Origin: Deltaproteobacteria bacterium
GTDB lineage: Bacteria > Desulfobacterota > Desulfarculia > Adiutricales > Adiutricaceae
NCBI GenBank assembly: GCA_031254895.1
Contig: JAIRTO010000324.1
Location: 13-64,012, forward strand
Direction: 5' to 3'
DNA: 64,000 bases
The stretch's first letter is position 1; every line of letters begins with the position of its first letter. The notes under the pieces are model-generated. The model was given only the letters and a program-made list of their open reading frames with translations. It ran no database searches and had not been told where the DNA came from. A program made the position numbers and the translations under genes. This document shows, piece by piece, positions 11,519 to 19,829 of this stretch.

Positions 11519-12730
11519 TCAGCGGCGGCCTAGGCGCAAGAAGACCAGAGCCAGGGCGCTGACGGCCATGACGATTAGGAGAACTCCCAGCCAGGTCCAG
11601 GCTGAGCCGGCGCGGACGCTGATCCTGAAGTCGAGGGCCGATTGGGCTTTTTCGCCTTGCACGCTCACCCCCAGACCGTAATCGCCCACCAGAGCGTTGG
11701 CGGCCGGGGTGATGGTCATCTCGACTTGAACGGGGTTGGAGCGAGGTTCGAGATTGACGACGGAGGCCGGCGTGAAGGTCACCTCCCAGTCGTCAGGCTT
11801 GACGGCCAAAAAGGTCAATTCCCGCTGAGAAGCGGAGCCCTCGTTGACCACGAAAAGGGTCACGGAAACGGGACGGCCGACTTCGGCGGAGGCGGAAAGA
11901 AGATCGTTGGCGGAGACCGCTCTTATTTTATAAGTGCCGCTCAAATTCACCGTCACCGTGGTCTCCGCCGAGGCGTTGGCCTCTTCGGCTCTGACTTTGA
12001 CCTGATATGAGCCGGCTTCGGCTTGAAAGGCGGGAGCCACGTCCAGAGACACGGAGCGGTTCTGTCCTTTGGGGACGTGAATGGAAGAGATCTGTTTGTC
12101 TTCGTAGCCTGGCTTGAAGGCGAAATCCCAGCCCCGAGGAGTTTCGGCGGAGAGATTGATCAAAGCGTCTTCGGCGCTGTTGTTGCGGATGTCCAGAGAA
12201 AAGGAGAAACGGCCGTCGCTGGGTCCGGCTATTTCCGGGTAGGAAGTGCTCAGAACCAAAGAGTCCCGGCTGATTTTGCCGCTGACGACCTCAAGGTTCA
12301 GGCGGCTTTCGCGCGTTTTTTCGCCGGCCAGGGAGGTCGTCCGCAAAGTGAAGGCATATTTGCCCAAAGGCAGAACGGCTTGCCCTTCCGGCGGGGTCAA
12401 GGACAGGGTCAGACTGGTCGAGTCTTCGCTGGAGAGGTAGATGGCGGTCAGAACGTTGTTGAAGCGTCGCAGTTCCGTCGTCCAGCCTTCCGGGGCTTCG
12501 ACTTCGAACCGAAAGACGTCCCCTTCCAAACCTCGGTTGATCAGGGTTATGTCCAATTCGGGAGGATCGTCAGGAACCAGGACCAGACCGGGATAGGTGA
12601 AGGACGCCTCGAAATCGTAGCTTCGGGTCATGTAGGCGGCTGGATTGAAGCTGGTCTGGGCCTGGACGGAGCTTTCGGCGGACATGAACCAGACGAGAGC
12701 CGTCAAGAGAAGAAAAACGGACTTATTCAT
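11519..12730 (-). CDS. Secreted NEW3-domain / COG1470-like envelope protein with a C-terminal TM anchor
   Basis: Signal peptide MNKSVFLLLTALVWFMSAESSVQA, repeated beta-rich modules (ITLINRG..., LDIRNNS..., LFVVNEGS...) and a C-terminal TM segment WTWLGVLLIVMAVSALALVFL. Confidence 0.65.
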   Translation of the reverse strand: MNKSVFLLLTALVWFMSAESSVQAQTSFNPAAYMTRSYDFEASFTYPGLVLVPDDPPELDITLINRGLEGDVFRFEVEAPEGWTTELRRFNNVLTAIYLSSEDSTSLTLSLTPPEGQAVLPLGKYAFTLRTTSLAGEKTRESRLNLEVVSGKISRDSLVLSTSYPEIAGPSDGRFSFSLDIRNNSAEDALINLSAETPRGWDFAFKPGYEDKQISSIHVPKGQNRSVSLDVAPAFQAEAGSYQVKVRAEEANASAETTVTVNLSGTYKIRAVSANDLLSASAEVGRPVSVTLFVVNEGSASQRELTFLAVKPDDWEVTFTPASVVNLEPRSNPVQVEMTITPAANALVGDYGLGVSVQGEKAQSALDFRISVRAGSAWTWLGVLLIVMAVSALALVFLRLGRR

Positions 12731-12865
12731 GGTCAGGCTAAAACCTCGGCGCGTCGTTTAAAAAGTGGAGCAAGCCTTTTTGGCCCTGGCTTCGGTCGCC
12801 GACGCCATGGAGCCAATCAGCTCATATCTTCAAATGTTATCACGAGAAGGCGTGTTTTGCCACAC

Positions 12866-13025
12866 CTGGACTGCCGCGCCTGGACGGCCGCGTTTGGGCC
12901 GTCAGGCCTGGACTGTCGCGCCCGGACGGTTGCGCTTGGACTGTCGCGCCTGGACGGTCGGGCTTGGGCCGTCGCGTCTGGACTGTCGCGCTTGTACGGT
13001 CGCGCCTGGACTGTCGCGTTTGGTT
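12866..13025. repeat. Higher-order tandem repeat built on (c/t)tggactgYcgcg
   Basis: Five copies of the core word start at 12866, 12908, 12936, 12978 and 13006. The spacings alternate 42/28/42/28, giving a period of about 70 bp. Confidence 0.8.
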
Positions 13026-13309
13026 CGTCAGTCTTGGCCCCGTCGGCTTGCCGGCGGGAGAGGGCCGTCTATAGTTCGGCGTCAGGACAGGAGCGCTAAA
13101 CCGATTGGCCCGTTTTGGCGGCCGAGAGAGGCCGGAAAAGCCTTCGGGCTTTTTTTGGGGACGTTTTTTGGAACCGTTTTGGCCTTAGGCTGACGGACAA
13201 TGGCCAGACGGACAATGACCAGACGAAAATGGCTAGGGAGCAGCCAGGCTTGTAATTTTTAATAAAATTGAAATAAATAATAATTATGCGGACAATTTCA
13301 TAATATATA

Positions 13310-13338
13310 TTGACAAAAACATTTTATTAACGTATAAA
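13310..13338 (+). promoter_or_regulatory. Strong sigma70-type promoter candidate (TTGACA-N17-TATAAA) in an AT-rich islet
   Basis: TTGACA at 13310-13315 and TATAAA at 13333-13338. No recognisable gene lies immediately downstream. Confidence 0.4.
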
Positions 13339-13343
13339 AATAA

Positions 13344-13372
13344 CAAGATTAGATAAATCATTTCTAATCTTG
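13344..13372. promoter_or_regulatory. Perfect 10-bp inverted repeat CAAGATTAGA-N9-TCTAATCTTG at the predicted transcription start (operator or 5' stem-loop)
   Basis: The arms at 13344-13353 and 13363-13372 are exact reverse complements. Confidence 0.35.
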
Positions 13373-14138
13373 ATGACAAGCTTAATTAGACTGTCGTCGA
13401 CCATAATAAATAATAAAAGGAGTTCATATCTGGCAGTCTGTTCGTTGTTTGAAGAGCGGCTTCAGGGCCGAGGCGCCGTCTTTTTTGGTCGACGCTCGGC
13501 GGCCGCGCGGCGGCCGGTTGATTGCCTGAAGTTGGGATGTTTCGGAACGGTTTGATGACGAGAAAAGAAAAAACAGCCGCTTTTAAGGTTGTATACTGGC
13601 CTAAGTTTGATATAATTGCGTGTTGACGGCTAAGTAGGCTTTTATTTCTTATGCGCTTTGGATTACGCGCTGGCTTCGGCTTGGGCCGATTGGCTTGTTT
13701 CGATCGGCTTATCCTGAGAAATACGGATTAATTCGCCTTTTTTCCTCCAAAACGATCGTTTGTCGGAGCCTATGGCTTCGCCGCCGGACTCTCGGCCAAA
13801 AGTCGGGATTATAAGGCCCCCCTTCCGGTCGAAATGAATTCGCTTGTCCCCTTAACGCTTCGCCGCTCCGTAACGAAACCGCCCAGACTAGGCCGCCGAA
13901 GGGCTATGGGCCAGTTTTTTTGACCGATGGACTTTTCTCGGCTGGTCTCGACGGCACGTCGGTTCAGGCCCTGCAACATCCGCCTCGAGGTTCGGCCTTC
14001 TCGTCCGAACCGGCAGGCTTTCTCCTGATTCAGCTCACCCTTCGCCAGCGAAAGGGCCCTGGATTTTTCAGAGCTCTCTGTTTGATATCTATGTTCAATT
14101 TTTATATGTGTTTTGCCTGTTGTTATGTTGAAATCGAG

Positions 14139-14166
14139 TTGATGAGCGTATTAATATTTCTAAAAT
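14139..14166 (+). promoter_or_regulatory. Promoter candidate for the RND efflux operon (TTGATG-N16-TAAAAT)
   Basis: Hexamers at 14139-14144 and 14161-14166, about 90 bp upstream of the MFP start codon in AT-rich sequence. Confidence 0.3.
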
Positions 14167-14255
14167 TACCCAGTAAAGAATATAAATCATTTTAATTCAG
14201 TATTAGAGGGTTTGTCCTCAAAATAATATTTGCTTTTTAGCGGAGTAAAATATTA

Positions 14256-15578
14256 ATGTTGCCATCATCTTTGATTAAAAAATGGATATTCGTGCTGATT
14301 CCACTCATCATCGTCGCCTTGGCGGCGGCCGTCATCGGCTACGGCATTCTGCGCAGCGTTCCTCAGACGCCGCCTCCGCCGCAAAAGGTGGTTTTGGCTG
14401 AAATCTCCTCGCAGGCCCCGATTTCGTCTTTGCGGGCCGTCGCTTTGATCTCCGCCGAGCAGAGCGTCGATCTGAAGCCTAGAGTCAGCGGCTATCTGAT
14501 AGGCAAGTACATTCAGGAAGGTCAAAAAGTCAAGGCCGGCGATCTTCTCTTCCTGATTGAGCAAGGCCAGTATGAAGCCGCCCAGTCTTCCGCTCAGGCC
14601 GATCTCGACTCGGCCCAGGCCCAGCTGGACTTGGCCGAGATCGAATTCGAGCGGGCCAAGGATCTCTATCTCAAGCGGTCCATGCCTAAAAGCGATTACG
14701 ACAAGGCCGTGGCTTCCCGGGATCAGGCTCAAGCCGCCGTCAAATCGGCTTCGGCTCGTCTGGACCAGGCGAAGCTGAACTACGGATACACCTTCATCAG
14801 GGCGCCTTTCGACGGTTTGGCTTCCGACACCCCCTTCTCGGTCGGCAGCTTCATTTCGCCGGAGGTGGGCGTGTTGGCCACGATTGTTTCCGTCGATCCG
14901 GTCGAGGCCATTTTCGGCTTGTCCGACACCCTCATGGCTCAAGTCCGTTCGGGTCAGGAAAGAAGCGGGCTTCCCGGGGGCAGTCTGGAAAACGTCAAGC
15001 CCCGACTTTTGCTCGGTCAGGACGTCTACTACGAGTTTGACGGCGAGTTCAGCTACGTCGCTCCGGAAGTGGACCGCAACACCGACACGATCAAATTCAA
15101 AGCCAAGTTCGCCAACCCGAAAAACGTTTTGGCCCCTGGCCAGTCGGTCATCGTGAGCCTGGAGCCCGTCGAGCCGCAAACAGTTTTGATCCTTCCTAAG
15201 GAAGCCCTCATGACCAGCGAAGGCGAAAGCTTCGTCTATCAGGCCGGGCCTGATCCTCGCGGCGGAGGCGGTCTGGTGGCCGTGCAGACGCCGGTCAAGA
15301 CAGGCGTCGAGTTCGCCGAGGGCTTCGAGATCCTCTCCGGACTGGCCGAAGGCGACAAAGTCATGGTCATGGGACTCATGTCCGGCGGCTCCAGGCTTAG
15401 ACCCGGTTCCCCGGTGGAAATAATCGGCGAAGCCGACGCGAAGCCGTCGGCGAACCAGGCCGCCGGCCAAGCGGACGGCGGCCCGGGCGCCTCCGAGGCC
15501 GTAGAGCCGACCGCCTCGGCGGCCGCCGCCCAAGTCGAGAGCGCTGGGGACGAAGCCGGTCAGGCGGAGGAAAAATAA
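14256..15578 (+). CDS. RND efflux periplasmic adaptor subunit (membrane fusion protein, AcrA/MexA family)
   Basis: 440 aa with an N-terminal TM anchor, a lipoyl/hairpin region (RVSGYLIGKYIQEGQKVKAGDLLFLIEQGQYEAA...AQLDLAEIEFERAKDLY) and an Ala/Glu-rich C-terminal tail. Its stop codon abuts the pump start (TAA ATG). Confidence 0.9.
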   Translation: MLPSSLIKKWIFVLIPLIIVALAAAVIGYGILRSVPQTPPPPQKVVLAEISSQAPISSLRAVALISAEQSVDLKPRVSGYLIGKYIQEGQKVKAGDLLFLIEQGQYEAAQSSAQADLDSAQAQLDLAEIEFERAKDLYLKRSMPKSDYDKAVASRDQAQAAVKSASARLDQAKLNYGYTFIRAPFDGLASDTPFSVGSFISPEVGVLATIVSVDPVEAIFGLSDTLMAQVRSGQERSGLPGGSLENVKPRLLLGQDVYYEFDGEFSYVAPEVDRNTDTIKFKAKFANPKNVLAPGQSVIVSLEPVEPQTVLILPKEALMTSEGESFVYQAGPDPRGGGGLVAVQTPVKTGVEFAEGFEILSGLAEGDKVMVMGLMSGGSRLRPGSPVEIIGEADAKPSANQAAGQADGGPGASEAVEPTASAAAAQVESAGDEAGQAEEK

Positions 15579-18500
15579 ATGTTGTCGCGTATTTTTATAG
15601 ATCGGCCGCGTTTCGCCATCGTCGTGGCTCTGGTGATCAGCATCGCCGGCGCCCTGGCTCTGATGCGACTGCCGGTCGAGCAGTTTCCCGACATAGTTCC
15701 GCCTGAGGTCAACATTCGGGCCATATATCCCGGAGCCAGCGCCGAGACGTTGGAAAGCACGGTGGCCCAGCCCATCGAAAGCGCCATGAACGGCATAGAC
15801 GGCATGCTCTACATGTCCAGCCAGTCGTCCAACAACGGCTCCTACAGTCTCACCGTGACTTTCGAGATCGGCTCCGACCCGGATCTGAACATGGTCAACG
15901 TGCAGAACCGTCTGAAAAAAGCCGAAGCTCTTCTGCCTCAGGAGGTCATTCGGCAGGGCGTCGACGTCGACAAGAGCACTTCCGGCTTTCTGAAGGCCTA
16001 CTCCTTCCATTCTCCGGGCGGAACCATCTCGGATCTGGACATGAGCGACTGGGTCAGCAACAACGTCGTCGACCCTCTGGCCAGAATTTCCGGCGTCGGT
16101 TCGATTAACTTCTTCGGTTCCGAATACAGCATGCGCATTTGGATGAATCCGGACGTGCTGGCTTCCCGAGGCTTGTCCCCCGCCGACATCATCGCCGCCT
16201 TGGGCTCTCAGAACATCCAAGCCGCCGTCGGCGAAGTCGGCGGCGCGCCCACTCCGCCCAATCAGGAGCTGCATTACAACCTGACGGCCACCGGACGACT
16301 GAGCACCCCCGAAGAGTTCGAAAGGATCATCATCAGGACCAATCCTGACGGGACAATCCTGCGTTTGGGCGACGTCTCCGAAGTGGTTTTGGATTCCAAC
16401 ACCTACGCTCCCACCGGCATCTACAAGGGACGCAATTCCGTCGGCATGATGCTGACTTCGTCGGCCGGCTCCAACGCCGTGGCCACGGCGGCCATGGTCG
16501 ACGCCGCTTTGGCGGACATAGAAAAGCGTTTTCCTCCCGACATGGAGGTCTTGCCCGTCTTCGACGCCACCGAGTTCGTCAGAAGCTCCATCCACGAGGT
16601 TCAGGAGACCATAGTCATCGCCATGGTTCTGGTCATCATGGTGGTTTATCTTTTTCTGGGCAGCTGGCGAGCCACTTTGATTCCCATGGTGGCCGTGCCC
16701 GTCTCTCTGGTGGGCACCTTCGCCGTTCTTCTGATCATGGGCTATTCGGCCAACACCATCTCTCTTTTGGCTTTGGTCTTGTCGGTGGGCATCGTCGTTG
16801 ACGACGCCATCGTCGTGGTGGAGAACGTCGAACGCGTCATGCGAGACGAGGGCTTGGGCCCAAGAGAGGCCAGCATAAAGGCCATGGGCCAGATTACCGG
16901 GGCCATCGTGGCCATCGCTCTGGTTCTCCTGTCGGTCTTCGTGCCCGTGGCCTTCATTCCCGGTCTCTCCGGCAAGCTTTATCAGCAGTTCGCCGTGACC
17001 ATTTCCGTCTCCATGCTCATCTCGGCGGTCAACGCCCTGACTCTCAGTCCGGCGTTGTGCGCCATCCTTCTCACCACCGGCCATCGCAAACCGTTCTTCC
17101 TCGTCCGCATCTTCCAAAATATGGTGAACAAGACCAGGGACAAATACCGCGCGCTGGTCGTCCTGCTTTTGAGACGGGCCGCCTTCGGTCTGGTCGTGGC
17201 CTGCTTCTGTCTCGGCGCGGCCATCTGGCTTCTTAAATCCACGCCGAGCGGCTTTTTGCCCGACGAGGACAAAGGCACTTTCATCATTCAGATAGGTCTG
17301 CCCGAAGGCTCGCCTCTCAACAAGACTAGAGAAATCCTGGTCAAGGCCGAGGAGCTCGTCTATGAGATAGAGGGCGTGGACAACATCATGGCCATTTTGG
17401 GCATCAACGTGGTCAACTTCAGCCTTCAGGACAACGCCGCCTTCATGTTCGTCGGCCTGGATCCTTACGACGAGCGAAGGACCCGGGAAACCCAGTTGGA
17501 CTACATCCTGAATCAGGCCAACATGAAGCTGGCTTCGATCATTGACGCCAGCTGCGTCTCCTTTTCTCTGCCCCCCATCATGGGGCTCGGTTCGGTCGGC
17601 GGCTTCGAGTTCGTGCTGGAGGATTTCGTCGGCCGACCGCCGTCGGAGCTGGCCCAGGAAGCCCAGAAATTCATTGGCGTGGCCATGCAGGATCCGGGCA
17701 TGCTCATGGCCTTCACCTTCTTCAACACCGACACTCCGGTGCTGAAGGTCGAGATAGACCGCGACAAGGCCATCCGCATGGGCGTCAACGTCAACGACAT
17801 CTTCGCCTCCATGCAGTTTTATTTGGGCAGCTATTACGTCAACGACTTCAACTACAAAGGCCGCAGCTGGCAAGTCAAGATCATGGGCGGGGCTCTGAGC
17901 CGCAAAAACATCGACGACATCTACGCCATCCATGTCCGCTCGAACAACGGCAGCATGGTGCCTTTGTCGTCTCTGGTCACCGTGGAGCTTTCCACCGGCC
18001 CGCAGAACATCACTCGCTACAACAACTACCGCAGCGCCGTCGTCATGGGCAGCGGCAAGCCCTGGCTGGGCACCGGCGTCGGCATAGAGGCCATGGAAAA
18101 CGCCGCTTTGAGCCTGCCTTCCGACATAGGCTACGAGTGGACCGGTTCGACCTATCAGGAAAAAGAATCGGCCGGTCAGACCTTTTCCCTGTTCGTCCTC
18201 TCCTTTTTGTTCGCCTATTTGTTTCTGGTGGCCCTCTATGAGAGCTGGACCATACCTTTGGGCGTCATCGTCTCAATCTCGGCGGCCATCTACGGATCCA
18301 TGCTGGCCGTCAAGCTGGCCAACCAGTCTTTGGGCCTGTACGTCCAGATAGGCATAGTCACCCTGATCGCTTTGGCCAGCAAGAACGCCATCTTGATCGT
18401 GGAGTTCGCCAAGGACGCCAGGCAGGACGGCGAGACGATCAAGGAGAGCGCGGCTTCCGGAGCCTTTTTGAGATTCCGGGCCGTCATCATGACCTCCATG

Positions 18501-18764
18501 GCCTTTTTGGCCGGTCTTCTGCCCCTGGTCTTCGCCACCGGCCCTGGGGCCGAGACTCGCCAAAACGTCTCCATCTGCGTCTTCGGCGGCATGCTGGCCG
18601 CCTCGACCATAGGCCTCATCATCATCCCGCTGGTCTACGCCATGTTCCAGAAGACCAGAGAAGTCTTCCACCACTGGCGCGGAGCGGATCTGTACGGGCG
18701 GGTGTCCGTGAAGGAGCGGCCTCCGACCAAGCCGGCTCACGACGGGGGCTCTTCGGCCAGTTGA
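15579..18764 (+). CDS. RND multidrug efflux pump, inner-membrane permease (AcrB/HAE1 family)
   Basis: 1061 aa, MLSRIFIDRPRFAIVVALVISIAGALALMRLPVEQFPDIVPPEV...; typical 12-TM AcrB layout with two large periplasmic loops. Confidence 0.95.
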   Translation: MLSRIFIDRPRFAIVVALVISIAGALALMRLPVEQFPDIVPPEVNIRAIYPGASAETLESTVAQPIESAMNGIDGMLYMSSQSSNNGSYSLTVTFEIGSDPDLNMVNVQNRLKKAEALLPQEVIRQGVDVDKSTSGFLKAYSFHSPGGTISDLDMSDWVSNNVVDPLARISGVGSINFFGSEYSMRIWMNPDVLASRGLSPADIIAALGSQNIQAAVGEVGGAPTPPNQELHYNLTATGRLSTPEEFERIIIRTNPDGTILRLGDVSEVVLDSNTYAPTGIYKGRNSVGMMLTSSAGSNAVATAAMVDAALADIEKRFPPDMEVLPVFDATEFVRSSIHEVQETIVIAMVLVIMVVYLFLGSWRATLIPMVAVPVSLVGTFAVLLIMGYSANTISLLALVLSVGIVVDDAIVVVENVERVMRDEGLGPREASIKAMGQITGAIVAIALVLLSVFVPVAFIPGLSGKLYQQFAVTISVSMLISAVNALTLSPALCAILLTTGHRKPFFLVRIFQNMVNKTRDKYRALVVLLLRRAAFGLVVACFCLGAAIWLLKSTPSGFLPDEDKGTFIIQIGLPEGSPLNKTREILVKAEELVYEIEGVDNIMAILGINVVNFSLQDNAAFMFVGLDPYDERRTRETQLDYILNQANMKLASIIDASCVSFSLPPIMGLGSVGGFEFVLEDFVGRPPSELAQEAQKFIGVAMQDPGMLMAFTFFNTDTPVLKVEIDRDKAIRMGVNVNDIFASMQFYLGSYYVNDFNYKGRSWQVKIMGGALSRKNIDDIYAIHVRSNNGSMVPLSSLVTVELSTGPQNITRYNNYRSAVVMGSGKPWLGTGVGIEAMENAALSLPSDIGYEWTGSTYQEKESAGQTFSLFVLSFLFAYLFLVALYESWTIPLGVIVSISAAIYGSMLAVKLANQSLGLYVQIGIVTLIALASKNAILIVEFAKDARQDGETIKESAASGAFLRFRAVIMTSMAFLAGLLPLVFATGPGAETRQNVSICVFGGMLAASTIGLIIIPLVYAMFQKTREVFHHWRGADLYGRVSVKERPPTKPAHDGGSSAS

Positions 18765-18765
18765 G

Positions 18766-18872
18766 CCGCCTGGCTGGTCGTCCGACATCCTGCGGCTGGC
18801 CGCTTGGCTGTCCGTTGGTTACCCGCTTGGCCAGCCGTTTGGCTGGTCAGTTAGCTGGCCGCTGGGCTGTCG
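18766..18872. repeat. Stutter array of tggctgg / ttggcc words
   Basis: gcctggctggtcg...gcggctggccgcttggctgtccgttgg...cgcttggccagccgtttggctggtcagttagctggccgctgggctgtcg. Confidence 0.7.
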
Positions 18873-19143
18873 AGCGGAGTTCTTGAACCAGTTCATGATC
18901 GAACTTTCTGACGCCGGATCGAAGGGGCGCCCCCTTTGGTTCGGCGCTTCTATAGTCGGGAGTTTTTTTTGCTGTAGCGGAAGACAGTTTTTCCCAGTTC
19001 GCTTTATTGGTTCGATGTTTCAATGGCCTTCGTCTTGAAGTTTGATTCACCGACGCTTTTTAGCCCTTTTGAGGGGATAAGATCTTGATGAAGAGGCCGA
19101 AAACAAGGTCATCCCGTTTTCTGGTTCGAAAAAGAGCCAAGAG

Positions 19144-19172
19144 TTGATTTATTTCCATCGTTCAAGTAGAAT
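19144..19172 (+). promoter_or_regulatory. Promoter candidate upstream of the chemosensory cluster (TTGATT-N17-TAGAAT)
   Basis: Hexamers at 19144-19149 and 19167-19172. A TATAAT also occurs at about 19178. Confidence 0.3.
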
Positions 19173-19312
19173 CTCACTATAATAGCGCTGATGTATCGAC
19201 AAGCGTCAGTACTTTGGCCTTCGCAACCAGACTCCGGCCGACTTTTTTTTTCGGCGGAGCCCTCTTTTTTGATGAACGAAAGACGCGCCAAGGAGCGTTC
19301 GAGAAAAGGCTT

Positions 19313-19726
19313 ATGCGGATCGTCATTGTGGACAGGGAGCCTAATTTTTTGGCGCCTCTCATCTCGGATCTCGAACGCGAAGGCTTCGCGGTGACCGTGG
19401 TCGAGAACATATCCGGGGTTTTGTCCTTCATCAAGACCCAAAGCCTGCATTTTTTGGTGGCCGACAGCAACCTTTTGGTCGATCACTCTCTTGGGGCCGA
19501 GGTTCTCCGCCAGTCTCCGCTCAGCCGACTCATCGTCCTGGCCTCTCGGCCTTCTTTGCTGGGCATGATCGAGGCCATCAGCTGCGGCATCACGGATTAT
19601 TTTTCCCGCCAGCCGAGCAGTTTCGGACAGCTCGTGGACACGATTCTGGACGAGCGCGATCGTCTGATGCGCTGGCAATACGCCATCTTAAGCGAGACTC
19701 TGGGCCAGGGAGCCAAGATAGAATAG
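19313..19726 (+). CDS. Stand-alone receiver (REC)-like domain protein, divergent
   Basis: I start at ATG 19313 (MRIVIVDREPNF...). The layout is REC-like, with an Asp in FLVADSNLL and Ser in LIVLASRPS. The acidic pair is reduced to D-R-E, and the usual D-Y-L-x-K-P reads DYFSRQP. Confidence 0.65.
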   Translation: MRIVIVDREPNFLAPLISDLEREGFAVTVVENISGVLSFIKTQSLHFLVADSNLLVDHSLGAEVLRQSPLSRLIVLASRPSLLGMIEAISCGITDYFSRQPSSFGQLVDTILDERDRLMRWQYAILSETLGQGAKIE

Positions 19727-19829
19727 TTTTTTCCGGCCAAAAAAAAGCCTCCTTCGCCTGAAAAAACGTCGCCGCCTTTCCGAAAACAAGGCTTTTCTTT
19801 TCCAAGGCGCAAGCTTGCCAGGGGGGGCC

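Noticed and set aside
12866-13025. Possibility that the tandem arrays here, and at 31480, 47008, 54828 and 58225, are CRISPR arrays
   Set aside because: The repeats are degenerate and directly abutting or separated by related sequence, not by unique spacers of about 30-40 bp. Unit sizes and spacings are wrong for CRISPR, and no cas genes are in the window.
13370-13555. 61-aa ORF downstream of the AT-rich promoter
   Set aside because: Its start codon is embedded in the palindrome without an RBS. It switches abruptly from AT-rich to GC-rich low-complexity sequence and has no recognisable family. It is kept only as a remote possibility under the islet finding.
14265-17933. 1222-aa ORF on the minus strand spanning the RND operon
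   Set aside because: It is antisense to two strongly supported genes (MFP and AcrB-like). Its translation is low-complexity (G/R/D/H/A-rich) with no recognisable motifs. Long stop-free antisense frames are expected in GC-rich coding DNA.
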